Positions 53,204 to 64,000 of a DNA stretch of 64,000 nucleotides are shown here, piece after piece (positions within the stretch are counted from its first letter, which is position 1; every line of letters begins with the position of its first letter). Origin of the DNA: Amoebidium appalachense (taxonomy: Eukaryota; Protista; Ichthyosporea). Made by a program: the position numbers and the translations under genes. Location: the NCBI GenBank assembly GCA_963693365.1, contig CAVNZM010000011.1, forward strand, positions 2,895,098 to 2,959,097. Reading direction: 5' to 3'. The notes beneath the pieces were generated by a model. The model did not search any database. It worked only from the letters and a program-made list of their open reading frames with translations, and was not told the origin of the DNA.

Positions 53204-54168
53204 CTGAGTGAGTGTGAGTAATTGAGTGAGTGTGTGCGTGCGTGCGTGTGTTTGTGTTTGTCTTGGAGGTGGCGGAAATGGAGGTAGAGTAGAGTAAAAT
53301 GAGAAGAACATTTTGCACGTGTGCTTCCCTTAATCATATATGGGCTTTGCTGTATGTAATTCTCAAATAATTGGCATGTCTTATGCATCATAAGCTCACT
53401 GTGTGATAGGGCGATCAAGGATTGGTTGAAAATTAATCATGTAAGGGTTTTTTGCAACAGTAAATGCACACACATACACGCATACACAAACACGCACGCG
53501 AGAACACACACAAACCCACGCACATGCTCACAAGTAAAAACATGAGAGAAACAAGAAATGGATAGTAGTAGGTATGCTTGTTCTCGTCCGTTCAGGGTCT
53601 TGGGGTTGGCGTTGAGGTTCATGCGGGAATTAAAGGAAGCTTTATGTGTATTTGTGCGCGCTTGCGTTTTTTTTTTTTTTTTTTTTTTTTTTTTTGGGGG
53701 GGGGGGGGGGGGGGGAGGGAGGGGGGGGGGGGGTAGGGGTCATGACATCCATGTTGGTTACAAAAATTATAATAACCTAACACCATTGCACCATACCACC
53801 CTATTGTATGCGGGAAGGGGAAAAATAGGGTTTTTGAATGGTGGTGGTGATAAATGTTTGGGGGGGGAGGGAGAAAGGGAGGAGGAGGTGGGAGGGGGGG
53901 AGGGGAAGGGAGTTAATGGTTGACCCGCACCTGGATAAGTCCCTTGAGCATGGCTATGACCCACAGTGGAGCATTGGTCGCCAGAGGTACCAGTGCCCAC
54001 TGCACCATCCTGGCCGCTGCTATTTTTAGCGATGAATCAGAAAGCCCGCTGGTTGCTATGGACGCCGTGGCCTGCTCGGCCATGTGATTGGGCACGTGCT
54101 GGGTGACAAGTTGGAGCACGGGGGAGGGGGCGGAGGGGCCGGTGAGCAGAGACAGAGCCTGTGTGTGT

Positions 54169-54199
<31 letters not shown>

Positions 54200-54246
54200 G
54201 GGGGGGGGGGAGGGGGGGGGGAGGGGGGGGGGGGGGGATATGTAGG

Positions 54247-54322
<76 letters not shown>

Positions 54323-55390
54323 CGTGTGTGCGTGCGTGTGAGTGTGTGAGTGTGTAAGTGTGTGTGCCCCGTAAGCACAAGCGGGAGAGGTGTGAGTTAA
54401 ATAACTCTGACAAGAAAGGTAGTGGGTTTGGAGGGAGCTGGGGCGAAGCAACGGCCAAAGGAGGGCATCCCAAGGTAAGAGGGGGGAGAGGGGGGGGAGG
54501 GAAGGGGGTAGGGGGGTTGGTTTTCGTTTCCCACTTTTTTGCCTGGGAGGAAGCCACTTGCTGGGATTGTGTGTGTATATGAGGTTACCCGGGCTGGTGA
54601 TTGAGGAACAGCTCAAAAAAGGAGGGGGAGGGGAGAGACTAAGGGAAGGAAAGGGAGACGGAGGGTTGCACGGACGTATGTGTGTTTGGGCGGGGCGGGG
54701 GGGGGGGGGGGGGGGGGGAGAGAGAGAGAGAATGAAAAGAGCTTTTTTACTTCCCTTCTCCCCCCTCCCCCCCCCCCCCCCCCCGTGCAGTGTGTGTGTG
54801 TGGGGGTGGGTGGGGGGGTGGGGAGGGGGTTGGGGGCAGGAGGGAGGGAGACATGCCTGAGTAAGAGATGCATTTATTGCCGCTGGTTGATCACCCCACA
54901 ACCGCGACAGCAGCAGTGAAATCTTTTGCACTGTCTCCAACCGTGGCTTTCCATTGGCTGTCAAGAGCATGCTGTATTGTGATTCGCCCAACCAACAAAC
55001 TAAGCTCTGGCATGTTCCGGAAGAGTCCGCAACGCACTGGGGAAAGTCGAGATATATGTCCACCAATGGGCTTTGAAGGTCCTGCAGGTTAAATTTAAAA
55101 ATGAAAAAGGTTAAAAACCGGCCTTGGTTTTTGTTCCGCATCCTCCTTGAGACACGTTTTTGTGGATACAACCTAGAGTTCTGACGTGTGCGAGAGTGGC
55201 ATGTTCGGTCTTGCGTTGTGCGTGTGCGTGTGCCTAGGCTTGAGTAAGTGGAAAATTGAGTGAGCCAGGTGGATGAGTGAGTGGGTAGGCAAGTGAGTGA
55301 ATGAGTGAGTACGTGAGGGAGTGGGGGAATAGGTGAATGAGTGGGTGAGTAATCGAGAGAGTATTTGAGCAAGTGTAAGAGTATCTGTGA

Positions 55391-55425
<35 letters not shown>

Positions 55426-55493
55426 AACGCGAGTAGATCTCTGAATTGTGTGTGTGTGCGTGCGCTCGTGTATGCATACGTATATGTGTTTTT

Positions 55494-55533
<40 letters not shown>

Positions 55534-56077
55534 TGTGTGTGTGTGCGTGTGTGTGTTTGTGTGTGTACGTGTGTGTGTTCTTTAAGGAATATTGCTACCT
55601 CAGGAAGTGACGGATTTGCCGCCAGCTGTCTTGTTGCTGCTTTCACCACTGCCAGACATGACGCAAACTCCGATGGGCTGTGAACATCGACGTTAGGCAC
55701 AGGCACACCCATCGTTGTGACTGCATGATTCAGAAGGAAGTTCACATACCACACAAACTTAAAGGACAATCTGTCAGCCAAGCGTGAAGTTATCCCTCCC
55801 TCTCAACACCCAACTACACCAACGAACATACACATGCCATTACCTGTCCCTTCTTTCCCTCAACCCATTACCCATCCACAGATCTTCCACGTTTCTCTCT
55901 TTATGCAATATCCATCCTTGCCTCGGCACCGAATACATAAGAGCAAAATCACCGTAACAGGAACACCAGCCATAAGATCCAAAAGATCCAGAAACATTCC
56001 CTCCTCCCCCCCCCCCCCCCCCCCCCCCCCCTTCCCTCCCCTCCCTCCCCCCCCCCCCCTCCCGTCCCTGCCCCCCT

Positions 56078-56155
<78 letters not shown>

Positions 56156-57116
56156 GGAACACTATTACCTCACACCAAATCTCATGCCCAGAAGAGCACT
56201 GTGTACGGCTTCCAGGTTCAGCGGAAGGAGGGGATCTCGCTGCAGCTGTATGGACATCCATCTTGGACCAAGGAGGGAGAGTGCGGTGTTTGGCTGCTTG
56301 GATGCAAGTGCAAGAACCACTTGGCGACCTGGGAGAGAGTGACCTTGTCAGATTGCTAGAATAGGTAGTGGCACTGTTTTTGGGGGAGGGGGGGAAGGGA
56401 GGGAAGGGGGGGAGGAAGGAGAGGGGGGAGGAGGGGGGAGGGGGGTCTAGGTATTGTATTTCCTGTGCACTGAGATAACATCGCTAGAGGGAATGTAAGA
56501 AGGAAACGTACCCATGCAATCCAGGGCTGTGTGATGTTAGAGGGTAGGAGCACAATCCGTGGCGTGAATAAGGCAAGAAACAGAACCACGACAACGAGTA
56601 TCCATGTACAGGCACCAGTAAACCTCACAGACGCCGAGCTGGAAGAACACACCAGTACCGAACAAACCTGGTCAATGGCCTTCAGATCCTATGTGATACC
56701 AAACTCATAACGTTGCTCCGTGCAAACATCTTTACTTCCCCACTCTCCCTTCCTTCTCATCCAAGCCTTTCTTGAAAGATTGGGAACAACTTTGTGCAGT
56801 CCATGTTGGTGTGGTTCAAGAGGGGAGAAGGTGGTGGGTTTGTGATAAGTGGGGGAGGAACCGGGAGGGGATGGGCGTGGGTTGTGGTTTGGGAGGAGGG
56901 GGGGTGAGGGGGGGATATAGCCGAAAACCCGAACATACCTATTCTTCTTGTTGTTTGTTCCGTGCTTGCTAACCACTTTTCAGCCAGGACAAGCGAGGCT
57001 TGGATCTGCTCTGGCGGGGCCTTCAGACCAAGAACCTGTGCCACAATCCCAGGTTTCTTGTTTTCTGCAACCTTATCTGGGGGTGCAAGGACAAGCCCTT
57101 GAAGTAGCTTGTCCAT
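48075..57116 (-). CDS. USP38: Ubiquitin-specific protease of the USP38/USP35 subfamily, 10 exons
   Basis: Exons 56939-57116, 56169-56328, 55599-55770, 54857-55081, 53931-54158, 52678-53049, 51729-51863, 50235-50717, 49233-49757 and 48075-48404 join in frame. Motifs: N-terminal [48 protein letters not shown], Cys box [35 protein letters not shown], His box [30 protein letters not shown] and a Gly-rich C-terminus. It could be co-orthologous to USP35 and USP38. Confidence 0.93.
51112..51700. repeat. Four tandem copies of a ~110-bp unit separated by variable poly-C (period about 140-155 bp)
   Basis: ctggattcaatccacccacctcccataatacaaacgatacaaatacatgc...cacatgcctccagcta starts at about 51117, 51272, 51411 and 51558, next to the donor of the Cys-box exon. 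Confidence 0.95.
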
Positions 57117-57750
57117 GTTGCAAGGTAGATAATAAGGAACTATCACTGCATAGAAAGCATTGTCACTCAAGGAAAGGACAGAAGGGAAAAAAGATGGGAT
57201 GTGGGGGTAAGGTGAGGTGTCTGAACTGCATGGATTCCCAGTTCGTTGCTGGGTGCCTGTACTAACAAGTTTTCTGCTCCGCCCAAAAATCTGCTTTGCA
57301 CGGTCGGTCGTCAAACTTTGCAATTGCAGCAAAAAAAAAAAAAGCCTTAGAGGAACCTGCAGACCTGCCGGAGCAAACTAGCAAAGCCCGGCGGTGTTTT
57401 CCCCGGACCCCGACACACTCACTGAGCCTCCACTAATATTTTTTTATTAGTGATGACTCATCATGCGCGCCAAATGCACATTCCTCCATTTTGCGTAAAA
57501 TAATAACTTTTTATGGTAGCTTCACGCTGACTGCGGCTGCCCGGTCATGATCCTGCTGAGTTGAGCTTCGACTGGTGGAGAAGCGCGGCGGCCGGTCGGA
57601 AGTCGGAGCTCGAGTAAAATTAGCACAGACTAGTAGCCGGCTTGGAAAGGCGTATAGGTGGCAGTATAAGTGTAGCGTAGTTTCAAGTCACCAAGCACAC
57701 GTAAAGGCTATAACCACTTCTCCCAGAAGCCCAGAACTACCACTTGAAAC
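57117..57750. promoter_or_regulatory. Short bidirectional promoter region (USP38 / eIF2B gamma) with a Gcn4/AP-1 palindrome
   Basis: The divergent ATGs are about 635 bp apart and the interval lacks long microsatellites. TGATGACTCATCA lies at 57451-57463, next to the inverted repeat CACTAATA..TATTAGTG at 57431-57452. Confidence 0.65.
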
Positions 57751-58217
57751 ATGGCGCCTTTCGAGTCACTAGACAGCATGGCAGAGTTCCAAGCCGTAGT
57801 GATGGCCGGTGGGCCGGGTTCAAGAATGTACCCTCTGACAGAAAACTTTCCAAAGGCCCTGCTACCTGTGGGCAACAGGCCACTGATTTGGTACACTCTG
57901 ACACAGCTGGAAAAGGCTGGTTTTACAGGTGAGGGCTTGGACGTTTTGGTCGACATTCTCGTTTAGTAAGGTGTTTTCTGTCTTCTGATTTCCACCTCGA
58001 ATTGAGCGGCAACTGTCTAATTGCATTGTTATCCCTTCCGTCTCTTTTTATCTCTCTCCCATTCTGTATCTCGTTCTCTCTTTCTCTCTCTCTCTCACTC
58101 TAACTCTCTCCCTCCCTCCCTCCCTAACTCCCTCCCCCTCTCTCCCTCTCCCTCTCTTTCTCCCTCCCTCCCTCTCCCTCTCCCTCCCTCTCTCTCTCTC
58201 TCTCCCCTCTCTCTCTC

Positions 58218-58250
<33 letters not shown>

Positions 58251-59515
58251 TTTCCTCTTTCCCTCTCCCTCTCTCTCTCTCTCCTGGCTGCCTCCCTGTT
58301 TCTCTCGATCCTTCTCTGGCCCTCCCCCCTTCCTCTCCTTTTCTCTCTTTCACTCTCCCCCTCCCCTTCCCCCCCTCTCCCCTCTCTCCATCCTCCCCTC
58401 TCTCCCTTCTCCCATCCCCCCACCCCCTCCTCTCCCCCATTCCTTTTCTTACTATCCACCTTGGCCCACCTACCCCAACTTTGGTTCCTTGCTGACATCC
58501 GGTCTTCCTTGTTGTTCCTCGAATGTCCTTTTCTTTTTTGCCCCTGCCGCTTTCCTAGCGTTTCCCTTTGCCACTCCCTCGCTCCGTCCCTCCCTCCCTC
58601 CCTCGCTTCCCTCCCCTGAGCCCTTGCTCTCGCCCCGTGGGTCTTCCGCTTCTGGGCTTCTCTAATCTTTGTCTGCCACCCCCCTGCCTACAAGTCAGCT
58701 TGATCTGCTCAAAGCCTCTCCCCCCCCCCCCCACCTCTGATTCTCCACTTCCCTGCGTTTCTCTAATTATGTCCATGATTTATACATGCCCTAACTCTGC
58801 AATTTTGACCTGGTCTCATCTTCGGCCTGGTTGTTTCTCTTCCCCCCCTCCCCCCCCCCACTCCCCACCCGCCTCCCTGCCCGCCACTCCTTTTCGGTGG
58901 GGTTTTCTTCTGTACCCCCCCCCCCCCCCCCCTCCCCCCCTTCTCCACACCACAAGTGGTCTCATCCACATTCTTGAAGCAACGAGCACCTATTCCTTCA
59001 ATCTACCCTCTTTTCATGCCGCCCCCCGTATGCACTCCCCTTCCCCTTCTGCCCATTTTTTCTTGCTCCTGTTCCCTCTTCCGCTTGTCACTTACTCGCA
59101 TGTCGTCCTTACACATCACAAGCAACTGTGCAAACGTTCACACAGGTTCACACACTCACACACACGCACGTGCGCGCGTGCACACACACACACACCACAC
59201 AGACACGCACACACAAACACACACACAGACACACACACACAAACACACACACAGACACACACACACACCATTGCCCCCCCCCCCCCCCCCCCCCCCCCTC
59301 CCCTATACATACATGCACACACACTCACCCGCCCTCCTGCCCCTTAGGTCCCCCCCCCCCCCCCCCCCAAAAAAAAAAAAAAAAAAAAAAAACGTGTGCA
59401 TGGATGCATGCGTGCACTCACAACACACACACGCTTACCCACCCACCTTTTCCCTCCTCCAGCCCCTCCCCAAGCACAAATGGACACACACACGCCTTAA
59501 GACACACACCCCCCC

Positions 59516-59555
<40 letters not shown>

Positions 59556-60290
59556 CAAAAAAAAAAAAAAAAAAAAAAAAAGAAAGAAAGAAAGAAAGAA
59601 AGAAAGAGAGAAAGAAAAGGGAAAAAACAGACACGTGCACACATGCGCGCGCACGGGCGTGTGCACGCACACACACAAACACACACACACACAACGCACT
59701 GCACACACACATTCACACACGCTCGCGCACACACACCCTTCTCCTCCCATCCTCCCATCCCCTAACCTCTCTCCCCCCCCCCCCCCCCCCCCCCCCCCCC
59801 CATCCCCCCACCCTCCGCCTTCTCCTCCCTCCCCCCCTTCCCCCCACTCTTCCCCCCCCCCCCCCCCCCCCCCCCCCCCACCACCACCACCACCACACAC
59901 ACACACACACACATACACACAGACATTATCGTGCTTGTTCAGAAGGGAGACAAGCAGCTACTCCACTACCTGCACGAGCAGTATGAGGGCAAGGACCATT
60001 TGGTGGTCGAGACGATTGAGCCTGAGCTGGGCACGGCTGAGTCATTGCGCATGGTGAAGGATAAGATTAAGGTGGGTGGGGTGGTGCTTTGTCTGTGTGT
60101 CTGTGCGTCTCTCTGTGTGCGCGGGGCGGGGAGGGGGGGGGCGGGGGGCGCCGGGGGGGGGGGGGGGAGCAGTAGCTAGGTTACATAAACAAGGTTTTAG
60201 TACGTAACCTTGTGTAATGATGCAGTGGAACCTGACCACATGATATCAATGGCTGATGTTGTTTTTTTTTTTGTTTTTTTTTCCCGGGTT

Positions 60291-60342
<52 letters not shown>

Positions 60343-60884
60343 GGGGGGGGGGGGTAGGGAAAGAAAGGGAGGGATGGAAACAGAAAGAGGGTGCCAGTTT
60401 ACATCTGTATGCGTGTGTGTTTATGTGACCATGTGTTTGTGTTGAAGTGAGAGTTGGTTTAAACGTCACACAGCTGCTAAAAATCACACCCGTTTCTGTT
60501 TGGTTCCCTCTACAGATGGACTTTGTAGTTGTCACATGCGACTTGGTTGCGGTGTTGAACATTGCTGAAATCTTCGACCTGCACCGGGTGAGAAATGCAA
60601 CCATGACCTGTGTGTGCTCACCACTTATCGAGTCCGAGCTGGCAAACGAGAAGAAAGGCGGCAACAGGGGTGCGTGGTTTTCTGTTAATTTTTGTGTGCT
60701 TCTTTTCTGGTCTATTGTCTATGTGTGTGTGTTTTTATGGCAATGGCGGTTGCTGCGGTGGTGTGCGTCTGTGTGTGTATGGGTGTTTGGGAGAGGGGGG
60801 GGGGGGGGGGGGGGGGGAAGGGGGAGGGGGAGGGTGGCTGTAGTGTGTTTGTCTCTGCGTGTATTTTGGCGGTGATGGGTGATT

Positions 60885-60915
<31 letters not shown>

Positions 60916-61211
60916 GGGGGAGGAGGATTTATACTGGGCAGTTTTATGCAGCAGTCTGTCAGGCAGCACGTATGCATGACCAGGTAATTCATTAATGTTC
61001 TTTCAAAGTCTATATATTACATCTGATTGGCACAGAGCTTGCGGGGGGTATAATGGTGTCATTTTTAATTCTAACCCTTGGATGTGATTGGCGCAGGGCT
61101 GACGGAGTACATTGGTGTGGACAGTAGCAGTGGGCGCATGCTGTTCTATGCCGGTGAGGGGGACATGGATGAGGAATTCAGGGTCTCACAGTCCGTCCTC
61201 TTGAAGTATAT

Positions 61212-61242
<31 letters not shown>

Positions 61243-61275
61243 CGCACACACGCACGCATGCACACATTCCCGCAT

Positions 61276-61355
<80 letters not shown>

Positions 61356-62763
61356 GGGGCGCGCACACATACTCACACAACACACAGACAGACAGACAGA
61401 CACACACCACCACACCGTTTCTTCCGTTTGTTATTTTGCCTTTGCGCAGGGCTTCCACCCGTTTGCTGTTGCAACTTCTGCTTTTGTCGTCCTTGTAGCT
61501 CCATTGGTACAGATACCGTCCGCGAATGAGAACCCCCCAAAATGTGGCCGCCGGGGGGGGGGGGGGGGGGGGGGGGGGAGAGAATCTTGAATTTTTGGGG
61601 GGATCGGGGTCAGAATCTTAATGCCGGGGGGGGGGGGGGGGCATTCAATATGATTTTTCGTCCGTCCGCCTTTAAGATCATGCCGAAAACTTGGATGGTG
61701 CTAAAGCCGGTTTTACGGAGCATGATGGCAGGTGTTACCCAATCAAAATTAGCCAATTATTTATGCACCATTTTTGGCAGGTGGCTAACCACAAAAGGTT
61801 AGTTTTGTTACCTTGCTGGGCAACTTTTTTGGCTGCAGCGCTGCCTGCAGGACTATTGTTTCTATAAAACAATATAGTAAAAATCAAAAGCTTTCAGGAA
61901 ATATATAGATAGCAGCCAAGAAAGCGCTCTGAAGGGGTGATAACATCGCTACAAACTCAGCCAGTCCCAAAAGCCATTATGCCGTTTATACAAGATCTGT
62001 AGATGCTGGCTTTACTTAAAAGGGGAGAAAAATGCTCGAGATTTATGAGTACGAGATGATTTGCTATGAAGCAACTATTCATTTACCACCGCACATATCT
62101 TTCCCTTGTCAACTGATCATTCACCACCGATTCCCCCGGTACCCACTCACTGACTTTCTTCCAAATTTCGCACCACCAACTGATTGGCTCTGCTGAATTT
62201 CACCCGCCCCCTCACTATCTCCTATAACTCACGCCCACTCACTGACTCTCTCCTGAATTTTAAAACCCACTTACCGACTATCTCCCGATTCTTACAGATA
62301 TCCGCGGCTGACCATCCACACGGATCTCCTTGATGCGCACTTCTACATCTTCCAGCACTGGGTGATCGACTATATAGCCAACACACCAATCACATCCATC
62401 CGATCAGACCTGGTACCGACCCTCGTCAGAAAACAGTTCCGCCCACCAAAAGGAACGCCGGAAAAACCGACAGGTACAAAAACCTTATCCCTCGCCCCCC
62501 TCCCCCTCCCCCGCTCCCCTCCCCCCGAGAATGGGTTCTGTTTATGCTGCATGCCCGATGCGTTGCTGATGTTGCCTCATGAATGTTTGCATGTGTTCTG
62601 TACATGTTTTCTCGTCGGGTAGTTGTACTTCCTACCGTGTTCGGCATTCCCCCTCCCCCCTCCCCCCACCCCCCGAGGGACTCTGCTTATTATGCATGCT
62701 TTTCATGTGCCGTCTGCAGTCTGTATTATGTTGCCTGTTATGATTTGGTACTTCACAATCTAA

Positions 62764-62814
<51 letters not shown>

Positions 62815-63659
62815 ACTCGCCCCCCCCCTCCCCCCCCCCCCCCCCTCCCCTCCCCTCTCCTTCCCCTCCACACCACAGATCTGTACAACTCTGTGCCACA
62901 AGAGCCCAACGTGAGCCTTCTCATGTCATCGTCCCCCTACGATGCCACGGACCGCGTGCGCTGCTTCATGTACCACACAGACAACTTCTGTGCTAGGGTG
63001 AACACCGTGCCTCGTTACCTCGAAGTCAATAGGCTGGTACGTGCGTGTTCGGGTGTGGTGGTGGTTGTGTGGCTGGGGGCAGTGTGCTTGGGGTTGGATT
63101 GCGGAGGGGGGGCAGGTGATGGGGAGAGGGAGGTAGGGGAGGGGAGGGGATGGGATGGATGGGGGGGGGAGAGGGGGGGGGGGGGGAGGAGGGGGGAGGG
63201 GGCGGTGGTGGTGTGTTGTGGGGGGGGAGGGTGGTGGGAAGGGGGGCAGGGGGAGGGAGAGAGGAGGAGGACAATGTACATTCGCTCGTGCGTGCCCGCA
63301 TGCCTGCGTTTGTGCATGCCTGCCTGCCTGCCTGCCTGCCTGTCTGCCTGCCTGCCTGCGTGGTGTTGTTATGACCTGCATGTTACTGTGTACATGGTTT
63401 TCGGTTGACGTGCTCATGTGCAAGGGCTTGTTCTGACGGCTATGTGTGTTTGTGCCTGGCCAACACATTTGGCACAGGTCGGTGGCACACACAATCATTG
63501 TATCTCTTTGAGACGGTAGCAACCACGTGCACATGTGTGTGTATGCACATGGTGCATCAGGAATGCCGATGCTCACTGTGTGCACAGATAGTGCAGAGCC
63601 CATTGGTCGACGAAAAGTTCCTCATTCAATCAGGCGGCGACATCAGCAAAAAGACTGCT
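57751..63659 (+). CDS. EIF2B3: Translation initiation factor eIF2B gamma subunit (Gcd1), 7 exons visible, continues past the window
   Basis: Exons 57751 (or 57778)-57928, 59923-60071, 60516-60669, 61097-61205, 62298-62473, 62879-63036 and 63588-63659 are in phase. Motifs: [103 protein letters not shown] and [14 protein letters not shown]. Confidence 0.95.
62105..62297 (+). repeat. Degenerate ~31-bp tandem array ending in a 3' splice site
   Basis: Units such as cccactcactgactttcttccaaatttcg, cccactcactgactctctcctgaattttaaaa and cccacttaccgactatctcccgattcttacag; several carry a CTGAC/CTGAT branch-point-like core. Confidence 0.65.
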
Positions 63660-64000
63660 GTATGTTCCCCCCCTCCCCCTCCCCCCCCCCCCCCCCCCCC
63701 TCCCTCCCCCCTTTCCCTCCCCCCCCCCCCCCCCCCCTCCCCCCCCCTCCCCCACACACACACACACACCCGGAAAAAAGACGAGAACAAAAAACTACCA
63801 ACACCACCACAACCGATGTAAGACTTACCTGTTCCTGCACCTTTACCAGTGCAAAGAAGCACATGCATGCACAGATACAGAACCAGCTGACGTGCCGTTC
63901 ATTTACCATCACCATGAGTCGAGATGGCCTCACTAAATCGCCCGCTTATTCACAATAGCCACTTCTGCTTATGCTTATCCACCCTGCTGTTCTCTCACAC

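Noticed and set aside
56500-56810. Extra USP38 exon (DLKAIDQ...QPWIAW)
   Set aside because: It is out of phase with exon 1, which joins directly to 56328 ([13 protein letters not shown]) and fits the family better.
57751-57928. NTP-transferase (mannose-1-phosphate guanylyltransferase) call
   Set aside because: The downstream exons ([33 protein letters not shown]) are characteristic of eIF2B gamma.

Overview
Intron-rich eukaryotic DNA, not prokaryotic, so most of the supplied ORF track is translated microsatellite noise. Manual exon joining recovers six genes. These are MSH2 (-, 23 in-frame exons, running off the left edge), an ADAM10/17-type metalloprotease-disintegrin (+), a mitochondrial-type CBS-pair protein (+), an intronless Kha1/CHX-type cation/H+ antiporter (-), a USP38/35-type deubiquitinase (-), and eIF2B gamma (+, running off the right edge). 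There is also a broken LRR gene. The mix of animal-type (ADAM10, USP38) and non-animal-type (Kha1/CHX, CBSX3-like) genes suggests a unicellular holozoan such as an ichthyosporean; this is inference only. The most striking feature is the intron grammar: many 3' splice sites are (CA)n-G with no polypyrimidine tract, several donors run into (GT)n, and nearly every intron carries poly-C/poly-G runs. Other notable structure includes a 3.7-kb element with ~370-bp inverted arms enclosing intron-like cargo, a MITE with perfect 36-bp TIRs, tandem duplications anchored at splice sites, a GC-AG intron, E2F sites upstream of MSH2, and a perfect Gcn4/AP-1 site upstream of eIF2B gamma. Coordinates were counted by hand and homologies are recognised from memory, not from searches.
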